The position numbers were made by a program, and so were the translations under genes. DNA of 50,401 nt from Callorhinchus milii (taxonomy: Eukaryota): positions 1 through 50,401 of the forward strand of contig NW_024705377.1 of NCBI RefSeq assembly GCF_018977255.1, read 5' to 3'. Each line of letters starts with the position of its first letter. Position 1 is the first letter of the stretch. Positions 22,102 to 34,175 of this stretch are shown one piece after another. Under the pieces are notes generated by a model. That model did not search any database. It was not told the DNA's origin and saw only the letters and a list, made by a program, of their open reading frames with translations.

Positions 22102-23025
22102 TAGGGTCGGCACGGTTTGGCTCAAACCACCAAACCGCGGTTTGAACCGAACCAAATCGGTTTGGTTTGGCTCTGTTTGAACTGGTTCGGTTTGGTTTGG
22201 GGCTACGAAAACCGACTCGGTTTGGCTCGGACAGGGTGGAACCGGCTCAAACTAGTTTGGTTGGTTGTAAAGGCCGAGTACAGCAATATCAAGGACATGA
22301 TGACGGACATTCTCAACCAGCGCTACCCAGCGTTGACGACGGACGCGGCGCCGAAGGCGGCGCCGCGTGGCGGCATTAACATCCTCTTTGACATGGTCTA
22401 CGCGCCCAACGCTCACGACGGCGCCGCCTCCGAGGTCGACCGCTTCCTGCTTGAGCCGACTCAGGACCTGAGCATGGACGTCGTCGAGTGGTGGAAGCTG
22501 TACGGCGGCAAGTACCCGCGCCTACGACGCGTGGCCCTCGACTATTTGCCTATCCCGGCGTCGTCCGTGCCCTCCGAGAGAGCAAACTCGGCCGCCAAGC
22601 GCTCCTTTCTCGACCGACCAAACCTGCACAAGTGCACGTTCAAGGCCGAGATGTGTGTGCGCTCGTGGGCGCGGATGTTGCCTAGTGTTGGGGTTTCACT
22701 GCCATTGAACTACCACACTGCGTTCAAGGACATTGGGCGTGCCAAGCTTGAGGAGATGGCTGTGGACGACATCGTCGTCCAGTACTTGCTAGTGAATCTC
22801 AATATGAAGAAAGCCTGCGTAGAAATTAGCGATTAATACACTTGATATTTGTATTGAATGCGAATATTGTTTGCCGCGCATCTTTTCGGTTCAAGCCAAC
22901 TCAAGAGGTTTGGTTTAGCTTAGTTTGGTTTGGTTTTGGTTTGGTTTGGTTCAGTCGTCGCTGGTTTGGTTTGGTTTGCTCAATTTGAAACCAGTTTGAG
23001 TCGGTTCAAACCGTGCCGACCCCTA
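22102..23025 (+). mobile_element. Internally deleted hAT (Ac-like) DNA transposon retaining the C-terminal dimerisation domain
   Basis: TIRs TAGGG(G)TCGGCACGGTTTG at both ends, subterminal GGTTT repeats, imperfect 8-bp TSD GTAGCGAC/GTAGCAGC; ORF remnant ~22270-22836 SEVDRFL..EWWK..YPRLRRVALDYLPIPASSVPSER. Confidence 0.9.
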
Positions 23026-23732
23026 GTAGCAGCCCAGCCCCAGCCTGCCAAGGTGCCACCTCGGCTGGCTGGACAATCTAGGCGAGGCCGGAGGCTCTGC
23101 ACGGGACTAGGCCTCACTACACAACTCTGTCAGGTGAGTACTTTGTGCTATAGAGTCGATAAATACTGCTATAGAGTCAACATGTACTACTGTAGTGATA
23201 GCAGGTACCACCACAGTCGGTATGCACTGCTGTAATCATAGCAGGTACTACCACAGTCTGTACGTATTGCTGTTTTTGGCCCGGGCAACGCTGGTACTTC
23301 CCGCTAGTCTTACACTAAAAGCAAATGTTTGTTAAAAAAAAATAATTCGTGATAATAAGTAATTTTCATCGTTACGGTGATCATTAAACAACACTAAATT
23401 ACAGCCAGGTCTCCCTTTAAATGAGAAATTTAGTCTCAATAGATGTTCATATAATGGAGCGGTGGTGAACATCAGTTGGGAATGATAAAAAAGCTGGTCC
23501 TGGGTCAAGTACGGTATGGTCAAACAAACGCCGTGGTCGGCTCAGCATGGAGTGGCCTTCATTCAGCAATGGACTGACCAAGGGCTGAAATTATTTTTAC
23601 GGATAATTTACATAAAATAAAATGATTGATGAGAAGGACAACAATGATAATGATGATGTAAACAACATAAGCGAAAACTTACAATACGAGGGGCTCAAGC
23701 AGCGGCTCAATGCCACCTCCCCTTGCTCTTAC

Positions 23733-24143
23733 CGGGGTCCCCGTGGCGACCGTCTCCCATCGTCACGGTTTCCACATCAAGCGCGAAGGGGAGCGCAGCC
23801 GACCCAGCATCGTCGGGGGCGACAGGACGCCGCAGGAACACGGAGCCCGAGGTGGCATCCACGTAGAAGGGGGAGTCATCCTCCACCTCCTCGCCCTCCT
23901 CTTCTTCCTCATCGTCGCCGTGAAGCCGTTGTCGAGGACTGATGATGCGGAACACGGTGGTGGCCACGGTGCTGGGCGAGGGGGCGGTACTCGGCCGATG
24001 ATGGCGCCCGGGCGGGAGCCAGGGGGAACGGTGAGGCGTATCACGGATGAGGGAACATCCGCCTCATCATTATCATCGTCACTGCCATCGATGTCATCAT
24101 CTTCATCGCCAATGGCCCTGGGGATGGCGTCCACCGCTAGGAT
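23733..24143 (-). CDS. Dachsous/Fat-type cadherin, last visible exon (divergent cadherin repeat; one -1 frameshift at ~23980-23984)
   Basis: AAG|ILAVDA..IRLTVPPGSRPGAIIGRV / TVFRIIS..SPFYVDATSGSVFLRRPV..FALDVETV..GDP(G)|GTAAGA; ends in phase 1. Confidence 0.7.
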
Positions 24144-24647
24144 CTTAACGAAGAGGTGAAGGAGGTGGTAGGGGAAGAGAGGTCACTGATGTGTGGAGAG
24201 TGTGTAACATTGTAAATGTTAGCACTTTTGAGGAAGGTATTATTCGCAAGGGTATATTAGTGTTGGGGTAGTGTTGTATATATGTATGTTGAACTTCTTT
24301 CGCACCATACGTAAACAACCGTGCTAATTGGAGGCGCGATTGCTAATTGGAATATTGTCGCGCAGTGGTTAATGCACCGCACTAAGAACCTGCGTTAGAA
24401 TCCCAGCCACAGCTAATTATAGTAGCTAGGTCTTAGGCCTTCCTTACGTTGACTCAGCATTAAATGAGTATATTGATTGGTATGCAAACATCAGCAATGG
24501 GCAAACAATTTCAGTCCTGGCGTGGCGCTGGCTCCCCGCACCCTCGTGTGCCGTGCCGGTCTTAATAGCTGCTCGCTAACGGCGGTTGCCCCAACAGTCT
24601 GTTCAAGGCTACACGGCGGCAGGGTACGTTGAGGTGTAGCATCGTAC

Positions 24648-24801
24648 CGTGAGGTGCAGGACCGTTCCGCTGTGCCGCGGGGGTTGCCCAGGTCCCCGGC
24701 GCGCACCGCCAGCACCGCGCTGCGCGGGTCGCTCCGCGTGAGCGCTCGCGCCGTGCGCACCCGGCCCGTGTCGCGCTCCACCAGCAGCAGTCCCAAGCCG
24801 C
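24648..24801 (-). CDS. Cadherin exon (one -1 frameshift at ~24679-24683)
   Basis: CAG|(G)GLGLLLVERDTGRVRTARALTRSDPRSAVLAVRAGDLGNP/PRHSGTVLHLT|GTACGA. Confidence 0.8.
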
Positions 24802-25508
24802 CTGCAAGCACAGGTACACGGGTACACATACAGAACACGGGTACACAGGTACACGTACAGAACATGAGTATGAGTCCACAGGCATGGGTAGATATACAGA
24901 ACACAGACAAAAAGGGAAAGCTCCACAGATACACAGGTATGGGTACACAGGCATGGGTGTACATATAGAACACAGCTATTGGTAGACGGCGCAGATAGGC
25001 ATGGAACACAGAGGGACGTAGACACACGTCCATGAGCAGGAGTATACGCACATATAGGCACGAGAATGGTGAGTATACATAATCAGGTACGCATGCACGG
25101 GTACACACATACACAATGCAAATATACACACCCACTCAAATAAGTGCACACCCAGAGGTGTGTACACACATACCCACACGTATGTTGACACATAAGGAAT
25201 TTACACGAGTGCAAATGAGTATACATAAATGCATGGGTACACACGCACACACATCCTCAAGTTAATTCCATCTGGTCTTGTTCGCGAATGCCTTTTGGAT
25301 ACAGTTTTGTATCATATGGGGAAAGAAAGGGTCCAAATCGGGCTGATGAAGGACTGAGGGCTTGAATAGAGGAAAAAATGTACAAGGGGCATTTTGGGTA
25401 ATCACTGATCTTCATAGAGGGGGCGGCAGTCACTAGGGAAGTTTTTCACCCACGGCGCGTTTGAAAACGGCGACCGGGAAAATGGCGTTGGCGGCATTGG
25501 GCACTCAC

Positions 25509-25608
25509 CGGCGGGCAGCGAGTAGACGACTGTGCCATTGGGTCCTTCGTCAGGGTCCTCAGCCATGAGGGTGGCCACCAAGGTGCCCACGGGAACTTCC
25601 GTCTCCAC
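25509..25608 (-). CDS. Cadherin exon
   Basis: CAG|VETEVPVGTLVATLMAEDPDEGPNGTVVYSLPA(G)|GTGAGT; AxDxDxGxNG motif. Confidence 0.88.
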
Positions 25609-25942
25609 CTGCCGTGCAGACCCACGTACAAACGAGTACGTGATAAAACATCTCCGAATGGATTCCTTTCCCGCTCATTCCTCTCCCACATTTCTACCCA
25701 TAACTGGCCAAACGCCACCACCACCACAATCTCCACCAACCCCACTAACACAATCATCACCACCACCAGCTCCAGCACCACAATCACCACTGTTATCACA
25801 ACCATCATCACCACCATTGCTGCCACTGCCACTGCAACCCCAACACCCATGGGACGTAAAGGCCCAGCCAATTGACAGGGCAACCCTGAGATCGAACTCA
25901 CGCCCCGCGGTGGCCGCAAGTTCGGTGTGGAGGGCCCCACAC

Positions 25943-26118
25943 CTGCGCGTGGTATTGCGAACGAAGAAAGCGGGGGGCGTTGTCGTTGGCGTCGGCGACG
26001 GCGACGTGGACGCGGCACAGGGCGGAGCGTGGTGGAGCGCCGGCGTCAGAGACCCGCAGCGTCACGCGGTGCCACGGGCATGCCTCGCGATCCAGCAAAC
26101 CTACGGCACGCACCTCTC
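25943..26118 (-). CDS. Cadherin exon
   Basis: TAG|(G)EVRAVGLLDREACPWHRVTLRVSDAGAPPRSALCRVHVAVADANDNAPRFLRSQYHAQ|GT; LDRE and DxNDNxP motifs. Confidence 0.9.
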
Positions 26119-26842
26119 CTACGCAGACACACACACATAGACGGACATGAGGGTGTGATGCACGGGGGTGAAGAATGGGTCCAGCACACCCACCATGCTC
26201 ACCTCTCCTACACACAAACACACACGGATGTAAGGGTGTGAGGCATGGGGTTGACAAATGGGTCAAGTGTAACCACGGCTCACACCTTTCCTATTAAGAC
26301 TAATTTCCGCCGTATAACTGTACATGTGCCTATGAAGGACTGCACAGTGCATGAGGAGGTGGTGTGGCCAGACCCATTGCTGGCCGACCACCCTCGTCTC
26401 CCCAGTGTTTAAGTTCACACACTACACCAGGTACTCATTTAAGGCTGTGCTGACATAAGGGAGGCTCAAGACCGGTTAAAATATTCTTCACTTTCACCTT
26501 AAGCGGGAATTTAATTTGGGTCGCCGAGTTCATCATGCTGTGCACCAACCAATACACTACCACTCCCCACCTCACCTATGCATGCATTGATGCTCGGAAG
26601 GGACAAACACACATGTTTAAACAAACCTCAACAGTGTAGAGCCAATTCAATTAGGTCTTAAGCTTCAGGCTGCAGGTCAAGGTTAGGCTTGACATGGACA
26701 AGCCTTCATCCAGCTGTATATGTAACATGGGTAATGATGATGATTTAATGACGATGGACACCAATAGCTGTTTTCTGATCCCTTGCGCTCTTGCCCGTCC
26801 AGGCCTCTGTACGCAGATCACACTGTCGGGTTTGTGTCTCAC

Positions 26843-27018
26843 CGCGTGTCGGGTGGACGTGGAAGGAGACGTAGGCCCCGGTTGGCGACGGCCCACAGGC
26901 TGCGGGGACTCGACGTGCTCGACCGCGAAGGAGACCCAGCCGCCGGGACCGGAGTCGGAGTCGCTGGCGCTCACCATGCCCACCAGGGAGCCCGGCTCCC
27001 CCCCAGCGGTGCTGTCAC
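26843..27018 (-). CDS. Cadherin exon (one -1 frameshift at ~26876-26879)
   Basis: AAG|(G)DSTAGGEPGSLVGMVSASDSDSGPGGWVSFAVEH..QPG/AYVSFHVHPTR(G)|GTGAGA. Confidence 0.8.
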
Positions 27019-27564
27019 CTTTAACGTCACCAGCGCACGTGATTACTACCATGATTATGACTGTCACCACCATCGCCACCACAATTACCAGCATCGTCAC
27101 TCGCGCTCACCGCCCTCCACCATGTGAGCACCCGGGTCCGCGACGCCAGTGTTACCATAAACATCACCAACATCCTTCTGATTCCTACAATCATTACCCC
27201 ACATCATCATCGTCGTCGTCTTCACGAAGACCACCGGCAGCAACACCATGAGCTCTACCACTATTTCACCGATACAAGCATCACCACCACAACCTTCTTA
27301 ACCATAATCATCCTGATCACCATCATCACCATCTTCAACACTGTTAACAACAAAAGTACTAACTATGGCACTATCATCAATACCATCACAGGAACCATAC
27401 ACTCTAAAGTCTGTACAGTCAGGTCAGCCACTCCATTTTGAATTCGACAACTACTGGCCACTGCTTTACCCAAAGGCCGGGATAATCTCCAGACAATCCA
27501 CCAACCCTAACCTCCATGGGGCTACATCCGGCCGCCCTGGCACAGACACCGGCTGCACACTCAC

Positions 27565-28370
27565 CTCCTGAGTCGTTCTCAAGGACAGTGAAGAAATAGT
27601 CGTCCCTTGCGGGTACGGGCGAGTGGTTATTGTCATCCGTGATGGACACCAGTATGCGGGCGGTCGCCATGATGTCTGGTTCCGCGCCGGCGCGATGACG
27701 CCGTCGGTGGCGATGCGGGGAGGAGGAGAGGAGCGGCCACACTGTCGGGGATGCAGGGATGAGTGGGACGAGCCGTGCCACCAACGTGAGGGTGAGCGTG
27801 GGAGACTGCTCGCGGTCGAGCCTGCACCGCGTCGTCACGCGCCCAGTGCGAGCGTCCACCCGGAAGCAGGACCACGACGATGGCGACGACGACGATGAGG
27901 AAGAGGTAGCAGCATCGTCGGGGGAGAGGCTATAGTGCACCTCCCACTGCTCGCGCTTCGTGCCGTTGCCGCTCCAGCTCCGAGCTTCCGCGCCCAACCG
28001 CAAACCTGCTCCGCTTCTGCTCCCGGATTCAAATCTGGTTCCTGTGTTAGATCTGGATACAGATCCGGTCGCGACATCCGATCCAATTCCGCCCGCCGTT
28101 CCGATCTCGATTCCAGTCCCGGTTGTGGTTTGGGTTCCGGACGCGGTCGCGGGCGCCGGTGGGAAAGGCGTGAACGCGCGGAGCGTCACCACGTGCGTTC
28201 CGGGCATGGCGCCTTCCGGCACGGAGGCACGTATCTCGGGGGTCGGGAAGAAGAGCGAGGGGAGGATGGGAGCCGACTCCGGCGGCGCCGGTTCCACCGA
28301 GACGGTGACGTGCAGCGAGGATGACAGCGCAGGGGAACCCCCGTCCTGAGCCACAACCTCGAATGCGAAT
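27565..28370 (-). CDS. Cadherin exon with low-complexity insertions
   Basis: CAG|(R)FAFEVVAQDGGSPALSSS..SVPEGAMPGTHVVTL..FRVDARTGRVTTRCRLDREQ..SITDDNNHSP..FTVLENDSG(G)|GTGAGT. Confidence 0.9.
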
Positions 28371-28756
28371 CTGCGGGGACAGCAAGACGGGACAAGCGCA
28401 CGAAGGAGTGAATTTAGTGCAGCCCAGGAAGATGATGTCACATTATGTATGTAACATATGTAGCCAATGTAGCCAACCATACTGTTCATCGGAGGTGCAA
28501 TTAGCACGGCTAGCTAAAACATTATAGGTACGAGGGGAGGAGATGAGTAGAGATATAGGCAGGGGTAAATCCATCTAGGATGTTGAAATGATGTGACCTT
28601 GAAATTGATCCAGATTGGATTTGGTGCCAATATTTCAATTAACGCATGAGAGCGCGAGTCACATGAGAAAAGCTGCCCCATGTGATACACGCCGATGACT
28701 TGGAGAACTGGCAAAACTTCGGTTGGCGTGAACACGGTGGTCTCCGGTAGCCTCAC

Positions 28757-28927
28757 CGTGCACCAGGAGCCAGGGCGGATGGGGCGACGGTGATGACCCC
28801 GGACCGCGGCTCCACCAGGAAGCGACCGTCAGCACCGCGCAGCGAGTACCACACGGAGCCATGCTTCCCCGCGTCCTCATCGTGTGCCACCGCCACCAAC
28901 ACCACCACCGCTGAACCACCACCACCA
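28757..28927 (-). CDS. Cadherin exon
   Basis: CAG|(S)GGGGSAVVVLVAVAHDEDAGKHGSVWYSLRGADGRFLVEPRSGVITVAPSALAPGA(R)|GTGAGG, phase 2-2. Confidence 0.87.
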
Positions 28928-29183
28928 CTGGGCAGCAACCACAATCGCACGGCCACGATAACCATAATGTAACGACAACTAGTAAACAGGATGACCGCCT
29001 ACGCCAGCACTACCACAAGCACAGCAATAGTGATAGGCAGTGTTCAACCACAACGAGCATTGCCGTCACTGACAAACCACCACCACCACTGGACAGTCAG
29101 CACGATCACGGCCAAGACGACCACATTAAACTAATAAACACGATCACTCTCGCGGCGCACATGCACCCTTTTGCTCCTCTCAC

Positions 29184-29511
29184 CTCCTCGCCCCTCGAAC
29201 ATCGAAAGTGGGCGACTCGAGCCGCACGTCCACGCGGTCACTCGGGAAGCGCGGGGCGTTGTCATTGACGTCGAGAACTGTGACGCTTACGCTCGCCACC
29301 GCCTCCTCCTCGTTATTAGCGTCGTCCTGGTTATCGCCCTCTTCACCAGCAGGCCGAGCCGATCCAGGTCGGGATCGGGGGCCGAGGAAGGAGGCACGCA
29401 CGCGAGCGGAGATGTGCGGGTTCGACTCCCGGTCGAGGGGGGCGGCTGTGACGAGCAGCCCCGAGGTCGGGTGCACGGAGAGGAATGGACCAGCGCCCCA
29501 GTACATGACGC
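29184..29511 (-). CDS. Cadherin exon
   Basis: TAG|(G)VMYWGAGPFLSVHPTSGLLVTAAPLDRESNP..VSVTVLDVNDNAPRFP..VRGAR(S)|GTGAGA, phase 1-2. Confidence 0.9.
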
Positions 29512-30619
29512 CTAGAACACGGGGACAGGACACCGGATGGGACCGGGGGACAGTGGGACACACAGAGAGGGGGACATGCGACAGGGGGACACAGCGACTC
29601 GGGGACAGGGTGATGAAACGGGTGGGGGAAAGAGAAAATGACAGAACAGGTGGGATCAAATGGAGGTTACGGGACATAGTGAGATGGTGAAATTAGGAAG
29701 AAGAGGGGGGCAGAGAGGAAAGAGAAAGAAAGGGGATGTGGAGACATGAGACAAAGGGACATCCGGATACAATACACGGGCACAGAAGACACATGAGGAC
29801 ACAGAAGAAGTTGTATTTGTAACAATTCCTGTGTGTGCACAGTAGGTGTGCAATAATGCGTCAAATAATGTATAAAAGTTATGTTTTTACACTCAAAATG
29901 CACAGGTTTAAACGGGCGTGCGAGGATATTTATTTATGGTTAATGCAGTTTTTCGCAAATTATGTGCTAAATCTACAGTAAGGCCAATGGAGCAAGCAAA
30001 ACTGTATGAGACAGGAAAACAACGAGACACAATACAGTATATGTGTGTATACGTATGCATGTGTATGCACAGTACTTATGTTCATCTGGGTATGTATATC
30101 GCTGTGTGTGTGCGCGCGCATGTGAGCGAGCGACTGGGATGATCCTTTGCCTGGACCGCACTCCTTAAGAACGACTTAACCTGAGGCAACCGCCTCACAC
30201 CGTCTGTCCGCATCTTAACCTCAGCCAAGCACCCTGTGCCGTCTGTTCCTCTCTGTTTGTGTGTGTGACTATGTGCGTGTGTGCAAAAACATCGCCACTG
30301 GGGAGACAAAGGCGGTCGGGGGTGGTGGTGGCCACCCATCCTCTTGTGTGCCGTGCCGGCCTTCATAGGTGCTTGCTAACAGCACTTGGCCCAACAGTCT
30401 GTTAAGATTATACGGGGGATCTTTGTTTTTGTGTGTGTTGGTCACAACACTTCATGATACATGCTGACCTTGATAAGCGCTCACTAACAGTATTCACCCC
30501 AACAGTCTATGTACTCGATATAGGGGATCCTTGTACTTGTGAGTGCGCGTGACTTACTGTGTACGCATGTGACTCTGCGTGTCAGACTCTGCATGTATAA
30601 CTGTTGTGTGTGTGGGGGG

Positions 30620-30900
30620 GGGGTGGCACAGTGGTTAGCGTGCTGCACTAGAAACCCAGCAACCCGAGTTTGATTCCTGCTCACGACCATTAACAGTGGT
30701 GAATATTTTAACCGGTCTTGTGCCTCCCCTAGGTCGACTAAGCCTCACATGAGCACCTGGTGCGGTGTGTAAATATCACCACTCGGGAGACAAAGGCCAC
30801 CAGGCTAAGTGCTGGTCACCCACACCCGGCCGTCATAGGTGCTCACAAACAGCACTTTCTCCAAAAATTTGTTAAGTCTATATGGGGAATCTTTGTCTTT
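30620..30900 (+). mobile_element. tRNA-derived SINE, major family
   Basis: A/B-box head, CCCCTAGGTCGACT.AGCCTCA.ATGAG.ACCTGG core, CTTTGTCTTTG tail. Confidence 0.8.
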
Positions 30901-31095
30901 GACTGTGAGAGTGTATGACTCCAATCCTGGTAGCCCGAGTTCAGCTCACAGCCTTGGCTAATTTCAGTGGTAATTAAGTGAACAGGTTCTGGGTCTCCCT
31001 TAGGTCGACTCAACCGTAAATGAGTACCTGGTATATAATGCGTAATCATCAGCACTTGTAGGACAAAGGCAGCCGGGCGTGGAACTGGCTGCACC

Positions 31096-31261
31096 CAGAA
31101 CCGGCCCTAGACCTTTGGGGGCCCTAAGCAAAATTTGGTTGGAGGCCCCTTTGATGTATGATTTTTTTCACCCACTAGCTAGCAGTGACTCTAGGGGGCC
31201 CTCTGCTGGCCACGGGGCCCTTTGCAATTGCAAGGGTCGCTTAGTGGCTGGGCCGGCTCTG
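31096..31261. mobile_element. hAT-type MITE nested in a SINE
   Basis: Near-identical to 12829-12994; perfect 8-bp TSD GCTGCACC. Confidence 0.88.
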
Positions 31262-31690
31262 GCTGCACCACACCCTTGTGTGCTATGATGACCTTAATAG
31301 ACATTCGCTGACAGCGTGTCTGGCCCCAACAGTCTATAATGCTCAAAGGTAGGGTCCATGTCCTTATATGTTTGTGCAAACGTGTGAAGATGAAGTTGTG
31401 TGTGCATGCATGCTTCTGCATGCGTACTTGTTTTTATTTCAAATGTTCAACCTTCACCAACATAAAGCCAAACTAAAGCTCCTTTATGATTATTATTAAG
31501 GCTCATACAGAGCCAGACTAAGGCAGCCTTAGGATGATTTCTTATTAAAAAAAAACTTTAGATATATTTTCCTGCGGGGTTTCATTTCCATTCGCACCCT
31601 CGGCGTTGCCCCACGAGACCACGACGGTGAACAACTTCCACTCCGACGCTCTCCCAGCGAGCAGTGCACCACCCCGCGTCGCTGGCGTAC

Positions 31691-31927
31691 CTGCGTGGGC
31701 ACTGGTGCCGGTGACAGTGCCGAGGGGCGTCCCCACGGGCGCGTCCTCGCGCACCGAGAACGAGAGACGCGGCCTCGGGAAGGTGACCCGGGGCCCCGGA
31801 GCCGGGGATCCCGGGGAGCCGCGTCGAGGGGGAGCGTCGGGTGAGGGGGAGCCGCCGCGGGGTCGGGAAGGCCCCGCCGCGTCCCCCAGCAGAGACACGC
31901 GGACGCGAGTCTCGAGAAGAGGCCTCC
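31691..31927 (-). CDS. Cadherin exon (one -1 frameshift at ~31913-31916)
   Basis: CAG|GGLFS/ETRVRVSLLGD..VTFPRPRLSFSVREDAPVGTPLGTVTGTSAHA(G)|GTACGC. Confidence 0.8.
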
Positions 31928-33194
31928 CTGAGAGATGGCGAAGCATAGAGGCAGGGTTATGGAAGAGTAAAGGGGATGTATGGACACAGACAAGAGGGCA
32001 GGGAGAGAGACGGTGAGACAAATACAGAGATGAACGGAAACATACGGACAGATACAGACAGATGCGTGTGCACACAGAGAGATGGATACACAGAAACACA
32101 AAGATAAACAGACAAACACAGACAGAAGTAAGAATTCAGAGGAGAGAGAGCAACAGAGACACAATGCAGACAGAGTTTCACAGAGACATAAGCAAACACA
32201 GATACAGAGACACACATGCACAAATATTCTCACACATAAGCACACAAATTGGCACATGTATAGAGAAATAGGGGCAAAAATACAAAGACATACAAAGAAA
32301 GATACACAGAAACTCCCATACAAAGACAAACCACAACACAAAAGAGAGGGAGACCCAAAAAGACAAATGGAAACACACAGAGGGTATGCCATTAACAATG
32401 GGAATAATATTAACGCTGATTAATTGAAGTCAATACGTGTAAACATGAATATATCCAAGCAGTTGTATTCACTCGCTGGCAAACACCACTCAGTATTTCA
32501 GCTAACCATGTTCAAAATGGAGTTGGGCTTGCCTGTAAAATATGGACGCCATCATTGTTATCACCAACATGAGCCACGGTCACTGCCCTGCTGAACGAAG
32601 GCCTCCCAAAGCCGATGCCATCTCACACTGGTCAGCGATGACCCAATCCGCCTTGCCACTGCACGCGAGCTGATTCATCGCTCCATCTCCGCATTTTGTT
32701 AAGCACGGTTGGCTACGTACGGTGCAAAAGAAGTTCAACATACATACATTGCGTGTCCCCTCGGGCCTGTTCCCTCCCTTTGCTGGAACCCATGACAACT
32801 CATAAGGAAGCCTATGCCAGAGCATCACATAGGTTACGGTCGAACGGTCACCACAGATGGGAATCGAACCCGGAGTCGGCGTGGCTGCAGGGCGTGCGAT
32901 AGCGGCAACGCCATGGCAACGACCTCCTCCCGCTGCCTGGTGTCACTCGCTCGCTCACACAGGACCCCCTGTACGGGGTCCCCCGAGTCTCCCCCCCCGC
33001 TGTGAGACCAAGGGTCAAATGGCCCACTCTTGCTGGTGGCAAACTTCCCCTGAGGGATACACGCACAATGATGAGGCGTGGCAGCGGCGACGCACGCCTG
33101 TGATCTCGGCGCTTACTCGACATTCTCCAATGAAGGCTGAAACTTTACGCGTTGCCAAATGAGACACGCAGAGAATACATCTCCTTAACAAATT

Positions 33195-33395
33195 CGTCTT
33201 TCCAGATACAAAATACAATTATTTATTCCACAACCATCAGCCCCCACGCCCACCTGGCCTTCTGGGCATGCATAATTTAAGCAGAATTAGCTCGAATTGA
33301 ATCAATGCTGCTGAAATTATGCACTCCCGGAAGGCCATTGGGCTGATGGGTTGCATGAAAAAATACTTACATTTTACGTGGAGAGACAAGTATGT
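33195..33395. repeat. Foldback / MITE-like inverted repeat
   Basis: CAACCATCAGCCC..TGGCCTTCTGGG..TGCATAATTT.AGCAG pairs with CTGCTGAAATTATGCA..CCCGGAAGGCCA..GGGCTGATGGGTTG. Confidence 0.7.
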
Positions 33396-33919
33396 ATGGC
33401 ATGTTATTACTTATATTCTCCACAAAAAAGCAAATTATTATTTTGTCTATGCATTAGCTTTGTCCGTAACAGGGGGAGGGGCATGATAACGCTCGTGAAG
33501 TAAACCCAACATGAACCATCCTCTCGTATGAAGTTGCATTTTGCTATTCCAGTCAAATTGATCAAAGGGTTGCTCAGGACTCTAATTGGAGACACGAAGC
33601 AGAACAAAAAGGACTTTGCAAAAATGCTAATTTATGTTTGCCCCGACGGCTACTTATCAGCTTCTGTACCGCTAAATTGAATACTTCTGAAGGTTAACAC
33701 ATGTTGAAAAGGATTGCAGAATACATGCTGCATTTGTACACGTACATATATGTGGTCATTAGTAGTAGCCAAAGCAGTTTGATCATTAAAAGTCAATCTC
33801 AACGTCTCTCCGCTAAAACTCATGGACAGGCGCATGTCTGCATTTATCCCGACAGATGAGAAGAGGAACACTTATTGTAGATAATATCCAAGTCAAAGAC
33901 AACATATTGACTGTTAATC

Positions 33920-34175
33920 AAGGTCAGTGGGTTTGGGAAGGCCGCATCTTTCGAAGCGACGATGGCCGGTGGTGCCAGAGAAATTGACAGTGGCAGTCGA
34001 AAGAGGGAGCATGCCTGGGAGCACCACAACCATGGAGATGGAGCGATGAAATTAGCTCGTGCGCAGAAACTAGATGGGATTTTCTCGCATTGCAGGACTG
34101 TGAGTAATGGTGGCAGCTTGGTAAAAGCCTTCATCCAGCAGTGGTGGATAGACCATGGTGGATGATGTTGGATGA
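33920..34175 (+). mobile_element. RTE-clade LINE 3' fragment (a smaller related piece on minus at ~32560-32692)
   Basis: QWVWEGRIFRSDDGRW..WRWSDEI..QD..W..L(G/V)KAFIQQW, a typical RTE ORF end, followed by a GAT-rich tail. Confidence 0.7.

Noticed and set aside
22117..22270. N-terminal part of the 239-aa hAT ORF
   Set aside because: Read-through of subterminal GGTTT repeats, not real transposase sequence
25345..25380. CTGATGA motif (also CTGAAGA at 18624, CTGATGA at 5635)
   Set aside because: No stem II + GAAA + NUH arrangement follows
31940..32398. Hydrophobic, TM-like stretch of the 289-aa minus ORF as the missing cadherin TM segment
   Set aside because: TG/TC-rich intronic sequence upstream of the real acceptor at 31928, and in the wrong position
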